Assembly (NCBI GenBank): GCA_050084985.1
Contig: JBITNC010000001.1
Location: forward strand, 145,886,001-145,950,000
DNA from: Nageia nagi
Lineage: Eukaryota > Plantae > Pinophyta
Direction of reading: 5' to 3'
Length of the DNA: 64,000 nucleotides
The position numbers were made by a program, and so were the translations under genes. Under the pieces are notes generated by a model, which was given only the letters and a program-made list of their open reading frames with translations, was not told the DNA's origin and did not search any database. Within the stretch, counting starts at the first letter, position 1. The number at the start of each line of letters is the position of its first letter. Below are positions 1 through 13,173 of the stretch, piece by piece.

Positions 1-469
1 GCATCATGATCCATTCTAACAATTCAAATACCCTATTTATGGACCTCATGAGATTTTATGTTCTCTCTAGAATGACCTCGCTTCCTTGGTATTAGGGTAA
101 TATCATAATCATAACTTGCTAAAAATCATGCACAAAATTAAATATCAATCAATTGATATATTTCTCATTGAAAATAGTGTGAATCTATATATTCATTTCA
201 ACTTTAAACATGATTATACCATTTATTCACTTTGAATTTAAACTAAAAGTAATTAAAAACCCTTATTAAATGGTTCTTTATAATACCCATTCCTTGTAAA
301 TGAATAAAATTTTATTTGAAATAAATGTAATAAAAGGCTAATGTTTTCATTTAAATATAGTCTCAAGATTCAACATGATCACATGGTACTCAAATTGTAA
401 ATACCTCTAAATAAAATGCCTCCTAAATTTACAACCTTGCATAAGAGGGGAAATACAACCAATGAAGGG

Positions 470-1540
470 ACTTGGGAATTGTTTGATAAAATATCTAATC
501 ATAATGTTGCAAAAATGGATACGTTGTAGTATATGTGACTTGTATAACAAAATTTGTCACCTAATATAAGATAAATATGTTGATGGAATCAAGAAATTAT
601 TTTACAAATTTTCATAGTTTTTAAAAAGGTATTATGCAAAATAGGTATGCATAGAGTAAACATTTAATAAAGTCCTATGAATGGTTTGGAAAAGTATTTC
701 ATAGCATAGAATGGATATGGAAGTCCTAAGAATAATTTGGTAAAATGCCTCATCTAGATGTAATCTCATGGACAAATATGAAAGCAAGATAAGCACACAA
801 ATGGATACATTGTAAGGACTTAAAATTGTTTGACAAAATATCTTTTTAAAATGTATACCATAATTAAACTAATTTATTTAAAAAAATGCCTCATAAAAAT
901 GAGTATTATACTTGCAAGACAAGCCCTAAAATGGATACGTCAAAAGGCTTGTGAGGTATTTTTTTAAATGCATCATCAAAATGTTGTCTTATGGAACATA
1001 GTGATCTCAAGATATGTAGAAAATGGATATGTTCAAGGGGTTTGTAATTTATTTGGCAAATGCATTGTTCTAATATAGTCATATGGAATGTAAAGAACAT
1101 AGAATATGCACCAAATAGATATGTTGGAGGGGTTTATAATTTATTTACTAAATACCTCATTGAAATTCAATCATATGGAATGCAATGATCATAAAATATG
1201 CATCCAATAGATACATTAGAGGGGTATGCAAGTGGATTGATTACCTACTCCATCGAAATAGAGTATTATGGGCTATGATGACTACATGTTATACTCAAAA
1301 TAGATAGATTTTTATGCATATGCAGAGTCAAAATATACAAATATTTGCCATCATTCTTCCAACATGAGCTATATAGAAATATCTAGTAGGTATCTAATTA
1401 TGGTTTCTTAGTGAATGTAGTCGATAGGAAGCTAAAAACATAGAGAATATAAAATCTCCATGAATCACTTAACAAATATACAATGGAGGAACAATTTCAT
1501 ATACTAACACAAGCACTAATCAAACACCCTTTTGAAAGGA
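470..1540 (+). pseudogene. Decayed PLS-class PPR gene fragment (tandem ~93-bp S-type motifs)
   Basis: Recurrent aaatgcctcatc..aatgtagtc.catggaatgcaatgatc...gatatgca.aaaatggata.gttg corresponds to the consensus MP.RNVVSWNAMI.GYAQNG.V. Also ELFDK at 477 and a FAIILP remnant at ~1345. Confidence 0.8.
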
Positions 1541-2249
1541 TTTTATTGTACAAGTCTTTACCCATGATTCAAACAAACAATAATATAATTATTTTTATAT
1601 ATTTCTCCTTCCCTTATCTAGATAACCTCATGTGAAAGTGAACAACAACTATACAATATTATCCCATATTAAATTTCAATTATGACACCCATGAATATCA
1701 TTCAAAATAAATAAGTGATTTTAAATAACTTATTTACTCCATTTTCCAAGTACATATTCACATGCAAGGATTTCATACCATTACTATTTCATTTAATTAG
1801 TACAAAATAATGTAAGATCAAAATGATCATGATCCTTAATAATTCATATATAAGCACTTCAGTTTTCAAGAAATCCTAAAGATTTTGACATAAAACTTAA
1901 AGTTTTTGGTTAAGCATTTATCACTAGGGGCTAAATTACTAAAAAAGAACCTATAATATAAAATTTAATAATGGAGAAAAGATGAACTCCTTGCTCCATG
2001 AGACCCAAAGCATATCAAAGTAAGAGATCTTATTTTTTTCCTTAAGGTTCCCAAAGTATTTATAGCCAAAGGTTGGTATAGTCCATCTAAGAAATGTGAC
2101 TATTTGTCTAACTTAGTTATTTATATTTGTGAGGTGTAGGAATTTTATTTTTTTATGGTAGGACTTAGATAATTTATTTTCCAAGTGTTATGTCCTACAA
2201 AATAGTTTGGACACATCACATTAGGCAACACAAGATTTATCAATTGGAA

Positions 2250-3310
2250 CTTGGGAATTGTTTGACAAAATGTCTCCTTGTAATGTTTTAAAAATGGATA
2301 CCTTATAGGACCTATGACTTGTTTAAAAAAATTCTTAACCTAATATTATATGGATACATTGAAGGAATTGAGAAATTGATTGACAAATTTTCATAGTTTT
2401 TAAAAAGGCATCATGGAAAATAGGTATAAGTAGAGTAAACATTTAATAAAGGCCTATAAATGGTTTGGTAAAGTATCTCATAGTACAAAATGAATATAGA
2501 AGGCTCGAGAATTATTTGGCAAAATACCTCATATAGATGTAGTGTAACAAATGAAAATGAACATAGTATATGCATATAAAAAGATACATTGGAAGGACCT
2601 AAAATTTGTTAAACAACATGCTATATCGAATGTAGACCATGCTCAAATTAAATCATTTGAACAAATTCCTCATCAAAATGAGTCTTATGGTTCTAGGACA
2701 TGCCCCAAAATATATATATCAAAGTGACTATGAGCGTTTTTTAAAAAATGCATCATCAAAATGTAGTCTCATGGAATGCAATGATCTTAAGATAAGAACA
2801 AAATGGATATGTTAGAGGGGTTTGTAATTTATTTGAAAAATGCCTCATTATAATGCAATCATATGAAATGCAAACATAACAAAATATCAACCAAACATAT
2901 ATGTTGGAGGGATCTACAATTCATTTGGTAAATGCCTCATCAAAATGTAGTCATATGGAATGCAATCATCATAGAATATATAACTAATAGATGCATTATA
3001 GTTGTTCATCAGTGGTACCTAATCCATCAAAATGCAGTCTCATGAGCTATGATGACTTCATGCTATGCTAAAAAAAAATAGAATTTTATGCAAATGCAAA
3101 GTCAAACTCTACCAACCTTTGGCATCATTCTTCTAGCATGAGCCAACATGAAAGATCTAGTAAGTATCCAATGGTTTCTCAATGAATGTAGTTGATAGGA
3201 AGGTGAAAACATGGAGAATATAAAAGTTATGTAAATCACTTTACAAATAGATAATGGAGGTAGGTTTTCATAGAATGACATAAGAATCAATCGAACACCT
3301 CTTTGGAAGG
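2250..3310 (+). pseudogene. Decayed PLS-class PPR fragment (second tandem unit)
   Basis: gaattgtttgacaaaatgtct = ELFDKMS; aatgtagtctcatggaatgcaatgatc = NVVSWNAMI (2760); TFGIILLA*ANM at ~3115. Confidence 0.82.
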
Positions 3311-4299
3311 ATTTTATTGTACAAGTCTTTATCCACAATTCAAAAAAACAATAATAGAGCTATTTTTATAAATTTCATCTTCCCTATTTTTGATACCCTC
3401 ATGTGAAAGTGGAGAAAAACTATACTATATTAGCCCATATAAAATTTTAAATATCACACACATGACTATCGTTCAAAACAAACAAGTGAGTTTAAATAAG
3501 TTGTTTACTCCATTTTCCAAGTACATCTTCACATACAAGGATTTCATATCATTACTATATCATTTAATTGGTACAAAATAATGTAAGATCAAAATGACAA
3601 AGATCCTTAATAATTCATATATAAGCAATCTAGTTTTCAAATAATATTAAAGATTTTCATATAAAACTTAATGTTTTTAGCTAATCATTTAGCCTTAGAG
3701 GCTAAATTGCTAGAAAAGCACCTACAATATCAAATTGAATAATGGAGGAAAGATGAAATCCTTGCTCCAAAGGACCCAAAGCATATCAAAGTGAGAGATC
3801 CTTTAATTTTCCTTAAGGGTCCCAAAGTATTTATAGCCAAAGGTTGGTATAATCCATCCAAAAAATGTGACTATTTTTAAAAATTATTTATTTTTATTCA
3901 TGAGGTGTATATGTTTTATTTATTTGTTATAGGAATTAGACAATTTTATTTGCAAGTGTTACATCCTACAAAATAATTTGGACACCTCACAATAGGGAAA
4001 AAAAGGTTTATCAATAATTTCACACACCTAACATAAAAAAAAAAATGTATGGACATGTTACCTATATTAATTTTACAAACACCAAAATGGCCTTACAACC
4101 TCCATAAAATAACAACAAATCATTTTAACCCTAAAATTTTTATTTTCACCTAAATTTATTGTTTGTAAAAATTAAAATTCCTTAGTGAGAATTCAAATTC
4201 AAATACTTGGAATATTCCTTGCATCATTAAAATAAATCAATTCATTTTCTAAGAAAATTCCAAAATGCATATCATATTTTTAACATAGATATTTACCTA

Positions 4300-6505
4300 T
4301 GGAGATCACTTATCTTGCAAGGTAGATTTGTTAGTGCACACACTCATGAGCAATATACACAACATCAAAATTGAATATTATGCATAATAATTATGATATG
4401 CATATATATGATGTACAAAGGTCCTTGTGGCTATAAATGAATCAACATAAATTATTTCTTCACTCTAACAAATATGTTCCTATAACCAACTCATCCTTGG
4501 TTACTTGGGATCTTGGACCTAAATCTCACACTAAGTCAACCTATAAGTTATGTCACAAAATTCCTAAAGCCAACATTGATTTGACATAAATATTGCATAT
4601 AATTAATCATAATTAGATATCTCATAAAATAAATAGTCTCAATCACATCCAAATCCTCGATAGCCTTCAAGTCTTAATAAGTGCAATTGGGAGGGTGGTT
4701 ACATTTTTTACATTTCTCTATGAAGATATTATGTTCTATTTTCATCATATACCTTAATGGTATAATAATAATCTATGGATACAATTCTAAAATAGTTTAG
4801 GCTTTGTATTCATTATAATAATCTAATTAACTTTTTCATATTAGTAAATCACTTTGAAATTGATATCCTTTTATCCAAACTATTATTAGCAATTATCTTC
4901 ATTTATTATATATTAACTTCTACTTGGATATATAAATCTCCACATTATAATTTTGAAATTCATAAAAGTATAAAACCTATTATTTGATTTATTTTAATAA
5001 TAGTTATAAAAAATAATATCTTATCAATTTAATTAATTATCATAGGTATTTTATGATTACATCATGAATGTAATATTAACAAGTAGTTCTATACAATCCC
5101 TAAGTCATAGATTAGGTATTTTTAACACCTTTAAGATAAATATAGCCAATTGAAAACTTTTTATTTTTGTAAAAATATTTAAATGGTATAAATCAAATGG
5201 TTTACTATACCCTTTAAGATAAGTCTATGACATCTTATATGGAATGTTTGAATGTCAATGTATGAATATCAAATAATAGGGGTTTGCTAAATATATAAAG
5301 TGCAATAACCCCTTGATCAAATACATCATTTAACTTCATGAGTATACAAATAATTCCATAGATGCTCAAAGATCTTCCTTGTTTATGAGGTTGAGCATAA
5401 CTCTTTTTCTTGCATGATATGTGTCCTACCCTAGATGTGTAATTATTAATACCTTTCTATTATCACATCCAGAACTTAACAAAGAATCCAATCCATTAGT
5501 TGCAAGCATTTTCTCAAAGCAATTTTCTTGATCTTAAGAGGGCCAAGGAATCACTTAAGAACTTCCTCTCTTCTTTAATCATAGAAAAATTCATTAAAAC
5601 ATCACACAAGTATATAGAAATGTATTTCATACTATCACCCTCATTAAAAAAATTATCCACATCTTCAAAAATAATTTCCATTATTTTAAAATAATTCTTC
5701 ATATAAATAATTGAATGAAACTATTTTTTTTTATCTCACAAATTAACTCAAAAGGGAGATGGATCCAAAAGTTTCTCTTAAAATATTGACATGTAATATT
5801 CTGTATGAAATTAACATCTTATAATGTTAGAATCCTTTTATCATTTCTAAATATCTCAAAAGATTTATTTAATAATCAATAAATCTACCACAAAATATGA
5901 TTTAAATCTATCAAAGGTTTATAATTACATATCCCTAGTTATTAAACTCTATAATATTAATTAATGATTATTACCATACATATTTATGTAACCAAAAACT
6001 CCTCCTTATACAACTAGAAATTAAATATGGATATTCACACAAAATAATATAATATTTATTCAAATGTCATAGCATATTAGGAAATTAGATCTCCACATTT
6101 TAAATATCTTGAGTTTATATTAATTATCATATTCTTCAATTACAAATAATTAGTGTATGTTGAGGAGATGCATGCGAACATCATAAGGATTTAAAAACTT
6201 TTTTAGAAAGAGAAAAAGCCCATGTAATCACCATAATAAAAGTATGGACTAAATGGATAAGGAGAACTTAGACACATAATAATTTTCTAAAAACATCTTG
6301 AGAACTAGAAAGGAAACTTGTGAAGATAGGTTTAGTAGACAAAAACCTTTTGTTATCAATCTATTCTATAAAGAAAAATGAGTACCACTAAAAATAGGTA
6401 TTTTTCATATGAAACAATGATCACACTATTAACAATTTGCATATATTTAAAGTGAAGAAAAAGATAGCCATCATTATGAATATTTTTGGCACTAATCTCA
6501 TATCT
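4300..6505 (-). pseudogene. Unidentified decayed reading frame, also present in segment copy 2
   Basis: ORF 5514-5702 continues in frame through TGA/TAA/TAG stops (...LRSRKLL*ENACN*WIGFFVKFWM***KGINNYTSRVGHISCKKKSYAQPHKQGRSLSIYGIICILMKLNDVFDQGVIA). Further protein-like blocks lie at ~4600-4900 and ~6160-6500. Family not recognised. Confidence 0.45.
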
Positions 6506-7881
6506 AAACATACCATAAGGAAGATAACCATTAAAGTCTTACATAACTCTTACAATTATAGAATCATGAACTATGCAACAGACATTCTAGTCATGATGTA
6601 GTGGTTTCCTACTTGGGGCCCATATCACCTGAGAGAACTCTTGTACATAAAGTTGTGCATCTTCTTTGATGATAACCTTTTGATTCATAGGTTACAAATA
6701 TCTTTTCTTAGGCAATCTTACATATGAAATGGGCAAGCATCATTGCTAATGGAAAAATATTCATACTCCTATTTAATAACTACAGGTAGTATGACTACTA
6801 GTTACGCTCACCTAATAATAGCAGTTTGATCTACTACTAACCTCATTTGACAAACTATCAAGGATATGAGATACTAGCATACCCATATCTATCATTTAGG
6901 CTCACCATGGAATTTATCATCTCCATGCCCATATCTTTGGGAGGCATGGGTATTGGAATAATACCCTTGAATGGTTTATATATTATAATTAAATTTTAAG
7001 TAAGAAAACCATCCCCTATCAAATGTTCCTATAAATAATTGATCCTAGATCAATTATTACATTTTATAGGTTTCATGCTTGAATCAAGCATTAGGATGTT
7101 GCTCTAATTTAATTGATTACAAACCACATTTCATATTAATAATCATATTTGATAAATAAGAATAATAAATGCATCAAAAGTACACCAAAAGTTTCAAAAC
7201 AAACTTGTTCATGAAATCACAAAAGAATATTCAATAATAGTTTACTATAATGGTCCCATATGCATAGTGTGGTGTAAGGAATATTACTTTAAAAATACTT
7301 CACATCCTAAAGATTAACAAGACTTGAGATATTGCTAAACATAGCTTCTTCTAACAAGGAAATACAGTGTAGAGTATTTCATACTCAAGGAATATTCTTT
7401 TAGTATATCATTTAGAGAGCTTGTAATAATAATTGTTTTACTAACTTATCTTTTATGTATTTTTAATTATTGATTATTCAATCCATAATTTCTTATCTTA
7501 TTTTATTTTATACTTTTGATCCACTTTATGATAGGATTGAATTCCACATTACTCTTGTGTTCATCTTCTAGGGTTTTATCACCTAATTTGGGTTTTCATA
7601 GAAGAATATTAAAGAACACTAATGTTCTAATTTAGATTGAGCTAAGTATGAAGAATTTACTTACATTACTTCAAATAACCCATGCCTTTTTCATTTTAAT
7701 CATTGATAAGTATAATACCATCTTTTATTCCACATTTAACCTCTTTTAGAAATTAACATCCTTATTCAAAGATATTCATTTCCTTAAACATGACACCATC
7801 ATTTGTTTAATTTTGATTTTCATTATAAGATATGTATTATTTCAACCCCTATCTTGTTTATTTAAAATTCCAAGAGAGCTT

Positions 7882-7911
7882 ATATATATATACACACACA
7901 CACACACATAA

Positions 7912-7958
<47 letters not shown>

Positions 7959-7995
7959 TGTATGTATGTATGTATGTATGTATGTATGTATGTAT
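7882..7995. repeat. Compound microsatellite (TA)n(CA)n(TA)n(TATG)n
   Basis: Directly visible. Confidence 0.98.
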
Positions 7996-8209
7996 AATCA
8001 ATAATGAAAATTTTACATCATATTTTTGAAGATATATCATAGGCCTTCTTTATATCTTCATCCTCTAGATGTAGCTCCTTTCCATCTTCATCCTCTATGC
8101 TCCTCCCCAAGGATCTAGGACTCATTGGATATGAGTACTAAGAAAGGATTTTGAGTATGGAGTATCATGAAAAACCTTTTTCTTAACCAAAATACATCTT
8201 ACTCTAAAT

Positions 8210-11200
8210 AAATCATGATCCATTATAACAATTCAAATACCCTATTTGTGGACCTCAGGAAGTTATATGTTCTCTCTAGAAGGACCTCCCTTCCTTGGTC
8301 TTGGGTAACATCTTAATTATAACTCTTTAGTTTTGATAACAGTACATAATTTTACATAAAATTAAATATCAAGTAATTGATATATTTCTCCTTCAAAAAT
8401 AGTGTGAACCTATTGCATCATCATTTTAACTTCAAACATGATTATTCCATTTATTCACTTTGAATTTAGACTCAAAGTAATTCAAAACCCTTATTAAATG
8501 GTTCTTTACCTTAACCATTCCTTGTAAATGAATAAAATGTAATTTTGAAATCAATATAATAAAAGGTGGATGTTTTAATTAAATATAGTCTCAATATTCA
8601 ACATGATTAGATGGTACTCAAATTATAAAACCCTCTGAACATCATACCTCCTTGATTTGTAGCCTTGCATGAGAGGGAAAAACATAATCGATGAAGGGAA
8701 TTATGAATTTTTTGACAAAATATATCCTTGTAATGTTGTAAAAATGGATATTTTATAGGACCTATGACTTTTTTGACATTATTCTTCACCTAATATAACA
8801 TAGATACAATGAAGGAATTGGGAAATTATTTGACAAAATTGGATACTTTTTAAAAAGATGCCATGGAAAATAGGTATGTGTAGAGTAAATATTTAATAAA
8901 TACCTATAAATGGTTTCATAAAGTACCTCATATCATAGAATATATATAGAATGATTGAGAATTATTTGGTAAAATGCTTCATCTAGATGTTGTCTCATGG
9001 ATAATAATGAAAAAAGGATATGAACATAAATGGATACATTGGAAGGACCTGAAATTGTTTGATAAAATACCATTTTTGACATAGACCATACTTGAATTGA
9101 ATCATTTGTGAAAATAGCTCATCAAAATGAGTCTTATGCTTGTAGGATATGCCTCAAAATAGATATGAAAAAGGGCCTATAAGTATTTTTTTTAAATGCA
9201 TAATCGGAATGTAATCTTGTGGAACACAATGATCTCAAGATATGCAAAAAATGGATATGTTGGAGGGATCTATAATTTATTTGGTAAATGCCTCATAATA
9301 ATGAAATCATATGAAATACAAAGGTAATAAAATATTCACCATATAGATACATTATATGGTCTATAATTTATTTGGAAAATACCTCATCGAATTGTAGTCA
9401 TATGGAATGCAATCATAATAGAATATGCAACCAATAGATATATATGAGGTATATGCAAGTGGATTGATTACCTACTACATCAAAATGCATTCTCATGGGC
9501 TATGATGACTACATGCTATGTTCAAAATAGATATACTTTTATGTAAAATTAGAGTCAAACTCTACCAACCTTTGCCATCATTCATCCACCATGAGCCATC
9601 ATGACAAATCTTGGAGGTATCTAATGGTTTCTCAATGAATGTATTTGATAATAAGGTGAAAATATGAAGAATACAAAAGTTCTAAAAAACACTTGATAGA
9701 TAGTAATGGTGGTACAGTTTCATAAATTGACATAAGGACCAATCAAACACCCCTTTGGAAGGAATTTATTGAACAAGGCTTTATCCATGATTCAAACAAA
9801 CAATAATACAATTATTTTTATAAATTTCTCCTTCCCTTGTATAGATACCCTCATGTGAAAGTGGAAAAAAATTATACTATATTAACACATTAAATTTTAA
9901 ATATCACACCCATGCCCATGATTCAAAATAAATAAGTAATTTTAAATAACTTGTTTACTCCATTTCCCAAGTACATCTTCACATGCAAGGATTTCATATC
10001 ATTACTATGTCATTTAATTGGTACAAACTAATGTAAGATCAAAATGAACAAGATCCTTAATAATTCATACATAAGCACTTTATTTTTCAAACAATCCTTA
10101 AGATTTTCATATAAAACTTAATTTTTTTGGCTAAGCATTTAGTACTAGGGGCTAAATTGCTAGAAAAGCACCTAGAATGTAAAATTGAATAATGGAGGAA
10201 AGATGAACTCCTTGCTCCATAGAATCGAAAGCATATTAAAGTGAGAGATCATGTATTTTTCCTTAAGGTTCCTAAAGTATCTAGAGTGAAAGGTTGGTAT
10301 AGTCCAACCAAGAAATGTGACTATTTGTCTAACTCATTTATTTTTGTTTGTGAGATGTAACAGTTTTTATTTTTTTATTGCAAGAATTAGAAAATTTTAT
10401 TTGCAAGTGTTATGTCCTACAAAACAATTTGGATACCTCATATTAGGAAACAAAAGGATTATCAATAATTTCACACACCTAACATAAAAAAATAAATATT
10501 ATGGAGATGTTACCTCTTTCTTTTTACAAACACTAAAATAAACTGCCAACCTCCAAAAAGTAAAAACTAATCCTTTTAACCCTAAAATTTTTATTCTAAA
10601 CTAAATTTATTATTTGTAAAAACTAAAATTCCTTAGTGAGAATTCAAATTCAAATAGTTGGAATTTTCCTTGTATCATTTGAAAATAGTTAATTAATTTT
10701 CTAAGTAAATTCTAAAATGTATATCATATTTTTCACAAACATATTTACCTCTGAAGACCACTTTTCTTGCAAGGTATATTTGTTAGTGCACACACTCATG
10801 AACAATATACACAATACCAAAATTAAATATTATGCACAATAATAATGATATGCATCTATATTATCTATGAAATACTTGTGGCTATTATTGAATCAGTGCA
10901 AATCATTTCTTCACTCTTACCATTCCATTCTTATAACCAACTCATCCTTGGTTCCTTGGGTCTTCAACTTGAATCCCATAATCAATCAACCAATCAACTG
11001 TTAACCTGTATCCCACACTAACATAAATATTGCATATAATCAATCATAATTAGATATATCATAATACAAATAGTCTCAATCACATCCAAATCCTCGATAT
11101 TCTTTAAGTCTTAAAAAGTGGAATTGGATGGGTCACTACATTTATTGTATTTCTCTATGAAGATATTATGTTCTATTTTCATGAGAGATCTTAATGGTAT

Positions 11201-12456
11201 AATAATAATCCATGAATACAATTCTAAAATAGTTTAGAATTTGTATTCATTATAATAATCTAATTAACTTTTTCATAGTTGTATATCACCTTGAATTTGA
11301 TATCCTTTTTTCCAAACTATTATTGGCAATTATCTTCATTTGGTATATTAACTTATACTTGGATCACATAAATATCCACTTTATAACATTGCAATTCCTA
11401 AAAGTATCAAGCCCATTATTTGATTTATTCCAATAATAGTTATAAAATAAATTAAATAATAGTTATCAAAAAATTATCTTATCAATTTAATCAATGATCG
11501 TAGATATTTTATGATTACATCATGAATATAATATTAACAAGTAGTTCTATACAATCCCTAAGTCCTTGATTAGGTATTTTTAACACCTTAAAGATAAATC
11601 TAGCCATGTGAAAACTTCTAATTTTTGCACAAATATTTAAATGGTGTAAATCAAATGGTTGACTATACCCTTTAAGATAAGTCTACAAGATCTTATATGG
11701 AATGTAAAACTTTTGATCATGACTTATTTATTTGAAATACACTTTCTTTCCATAGAATATATGAACATTAGACATTAGGGGTTTAATAAGTATACAAAGT
11801 ACAATAACCCCTTGTTCAAATACATCATTTAACTTGATGAGTATACAAATAATTCCATATGTACCCAAAGATCTTCCTCAATTATGAGGTTGAGTACAAC
11901 TCTTTTTCTTGTATGATATGTATCCTACCCTAGATGTGTAATTATTAATACCATTCCATTATCACATCAAGAAATTGATAAATAACCCAATCCATTAATT
12001 ACAAACATTTTCTCAAAAATTTATTCTTGATATTGAGAGGGTCAAGGTATAACTTAATAACTACCTCTATTCTTTTATCATAGAGAAATTCATTAAAAAA
12101 TCATACAAGTATATAAAAATATATTTCATACTATCATCATCATTCAAAAAATCATCTACATATTCAAAAATTATTTCCACTATTTCCAAATAATCCTTCA
12201 TATAAGTAAATGAATGAAACTTTTTTTATCTCACAAATAAACTCAAAAGGGAGATGGATGTAAAATTTTCTCTTAAAATATTCACACATAATATTTTGTA
12301 TGAAAATAACATCTTATAATGCTAAAATCCTTTTATCATATATAAATATCTCAAAGGATTTATTTAATAATCAATAAATCTACCAAAAAATATGATTTAA
12401 CTCTATCAAAAGTTTAAAATTTCACATCCCTAGTTATTAAACTCTATAATTTTAAT
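8210..12456. repeat. Copy 2 of the duplicated segment, part 1 (includes a third PPR fragment at ~8695-9760)
   Basis: Colinear with 1-467, then one 1.78-kb unit, then 4015-5961. Ends at the hAT target site. Confidence 0.9.
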
Positions 12457-12619
12457 CAATGTTATGCATAAGGAATGATGGGAAATAAAATTTACAAATT
12501 TTGGTGAACATGATTTGAAGTCATAGTGAAAAGTGTTTGAAATTCAGGTAGGGTAAGTGGTAAAATCAATTTTTTTTTTAAATGTAAAGTTTTGGTGATA
12601 TATAATATTTTTAGTTTTA

Positions 12620-13010
12620 TGAAATTATGATGATCAATTCTTAAAGATATATGATTCATATCCCATTTGTGATGATGATCATCAATGCTATAACCTAGAT
12701 TATCAACTACATACAAATATAGATGATTATATAAATAAAGGGGTAGATAATCAACTACATACAAATGTAGATGAGCATCTACAAATTAGTGCATATGATC
12801 ATGTAAATAAAGGGGTATATGATCATTTGTACATTTTACAGATAATCATCTGCAATTTTGATCATTAACATGTTGGCACTGACAATCATCTATAGAAAAG
12901 ATGCAATGATTGTCTACATAAATATGTAGATGATCATATACACTTTTATACAGATAATCGTATACAGTTTTCTATAGATGATTGTCTACACATTCATGTT
13001 GTCGATAATC
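12620..13010. repeat. Left subterminal array of the palindromic GATGATCATC(T)-type motif
   Basis: Repeated gatgatcatc / gataatcatct / gacaatcatct / gatgattgtct / gataatcgt in both orientations. Confidence 0.75.
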
Positions 13011-13173
13011 TGTGTTCCAAACAAAATGACTTATTACAAAATGAAATTAAATATGATCATACATAATAAATGGTAACATGTATCAAGTCTTATAAAAGGC
13101 ATTACAATTTGTTCCTTTCCCTCCTAAATTATAAATCCTCCCTTTCCTTGAGTCCTCTTTGCACAGGACCACC

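Larger units (their letters stand above)
468..4014. repeat. Internal tandem duplication of ~1.78 kb (468-2244 and 2247-4014); copy 2 of the segment has only one unit (~8695-10464)
   Basis: ggacttgggaattgtttgataaaat (468) vs ggaacttgggaattgtttgacaaaat (2247). The units end in aagatttatcaat (2244) and aaggtttatcaat (4014) and are colinear throughout. Confidence 0.9.
1..6505. repeat. Copy 1 of a long duplicated segment (starts before the window); copy 2 is at ~8210-12456, 21204-21295 and ~27588-28044
   Basis: Colinear matches: atcatgatccattctaacaattcaaataccctattt (3) vs 8213; atccctagttattaaactctataat (5931) vs 12427; tatgtaaccaaaaactcc (5985) vs 21235; taatatttattcaaatgtcatagcata (6050) vs 27590; aaagatagccatcatta (6460) vs 28000. 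Confidence 0.9.

Noticed and set aside
470-1300. ~90-bp periodic repeat as a satellite or regulatory array
   Set aside because: It translates to PPR motifs, so it is explained as decayed coding repeats.
7832-8040. ORFs with MYVC/IHTY repeats (also 34666-34942)
   Set aside because: Artefacts of TATG microsatellites.
12460-12471. 12-bp direct repeat tgttatgcataa (also 21187-21198) as a TSD
   Set aside because: It arises from the palindromic core of the TIR. The empty site supports the 8-bp TSD instead.
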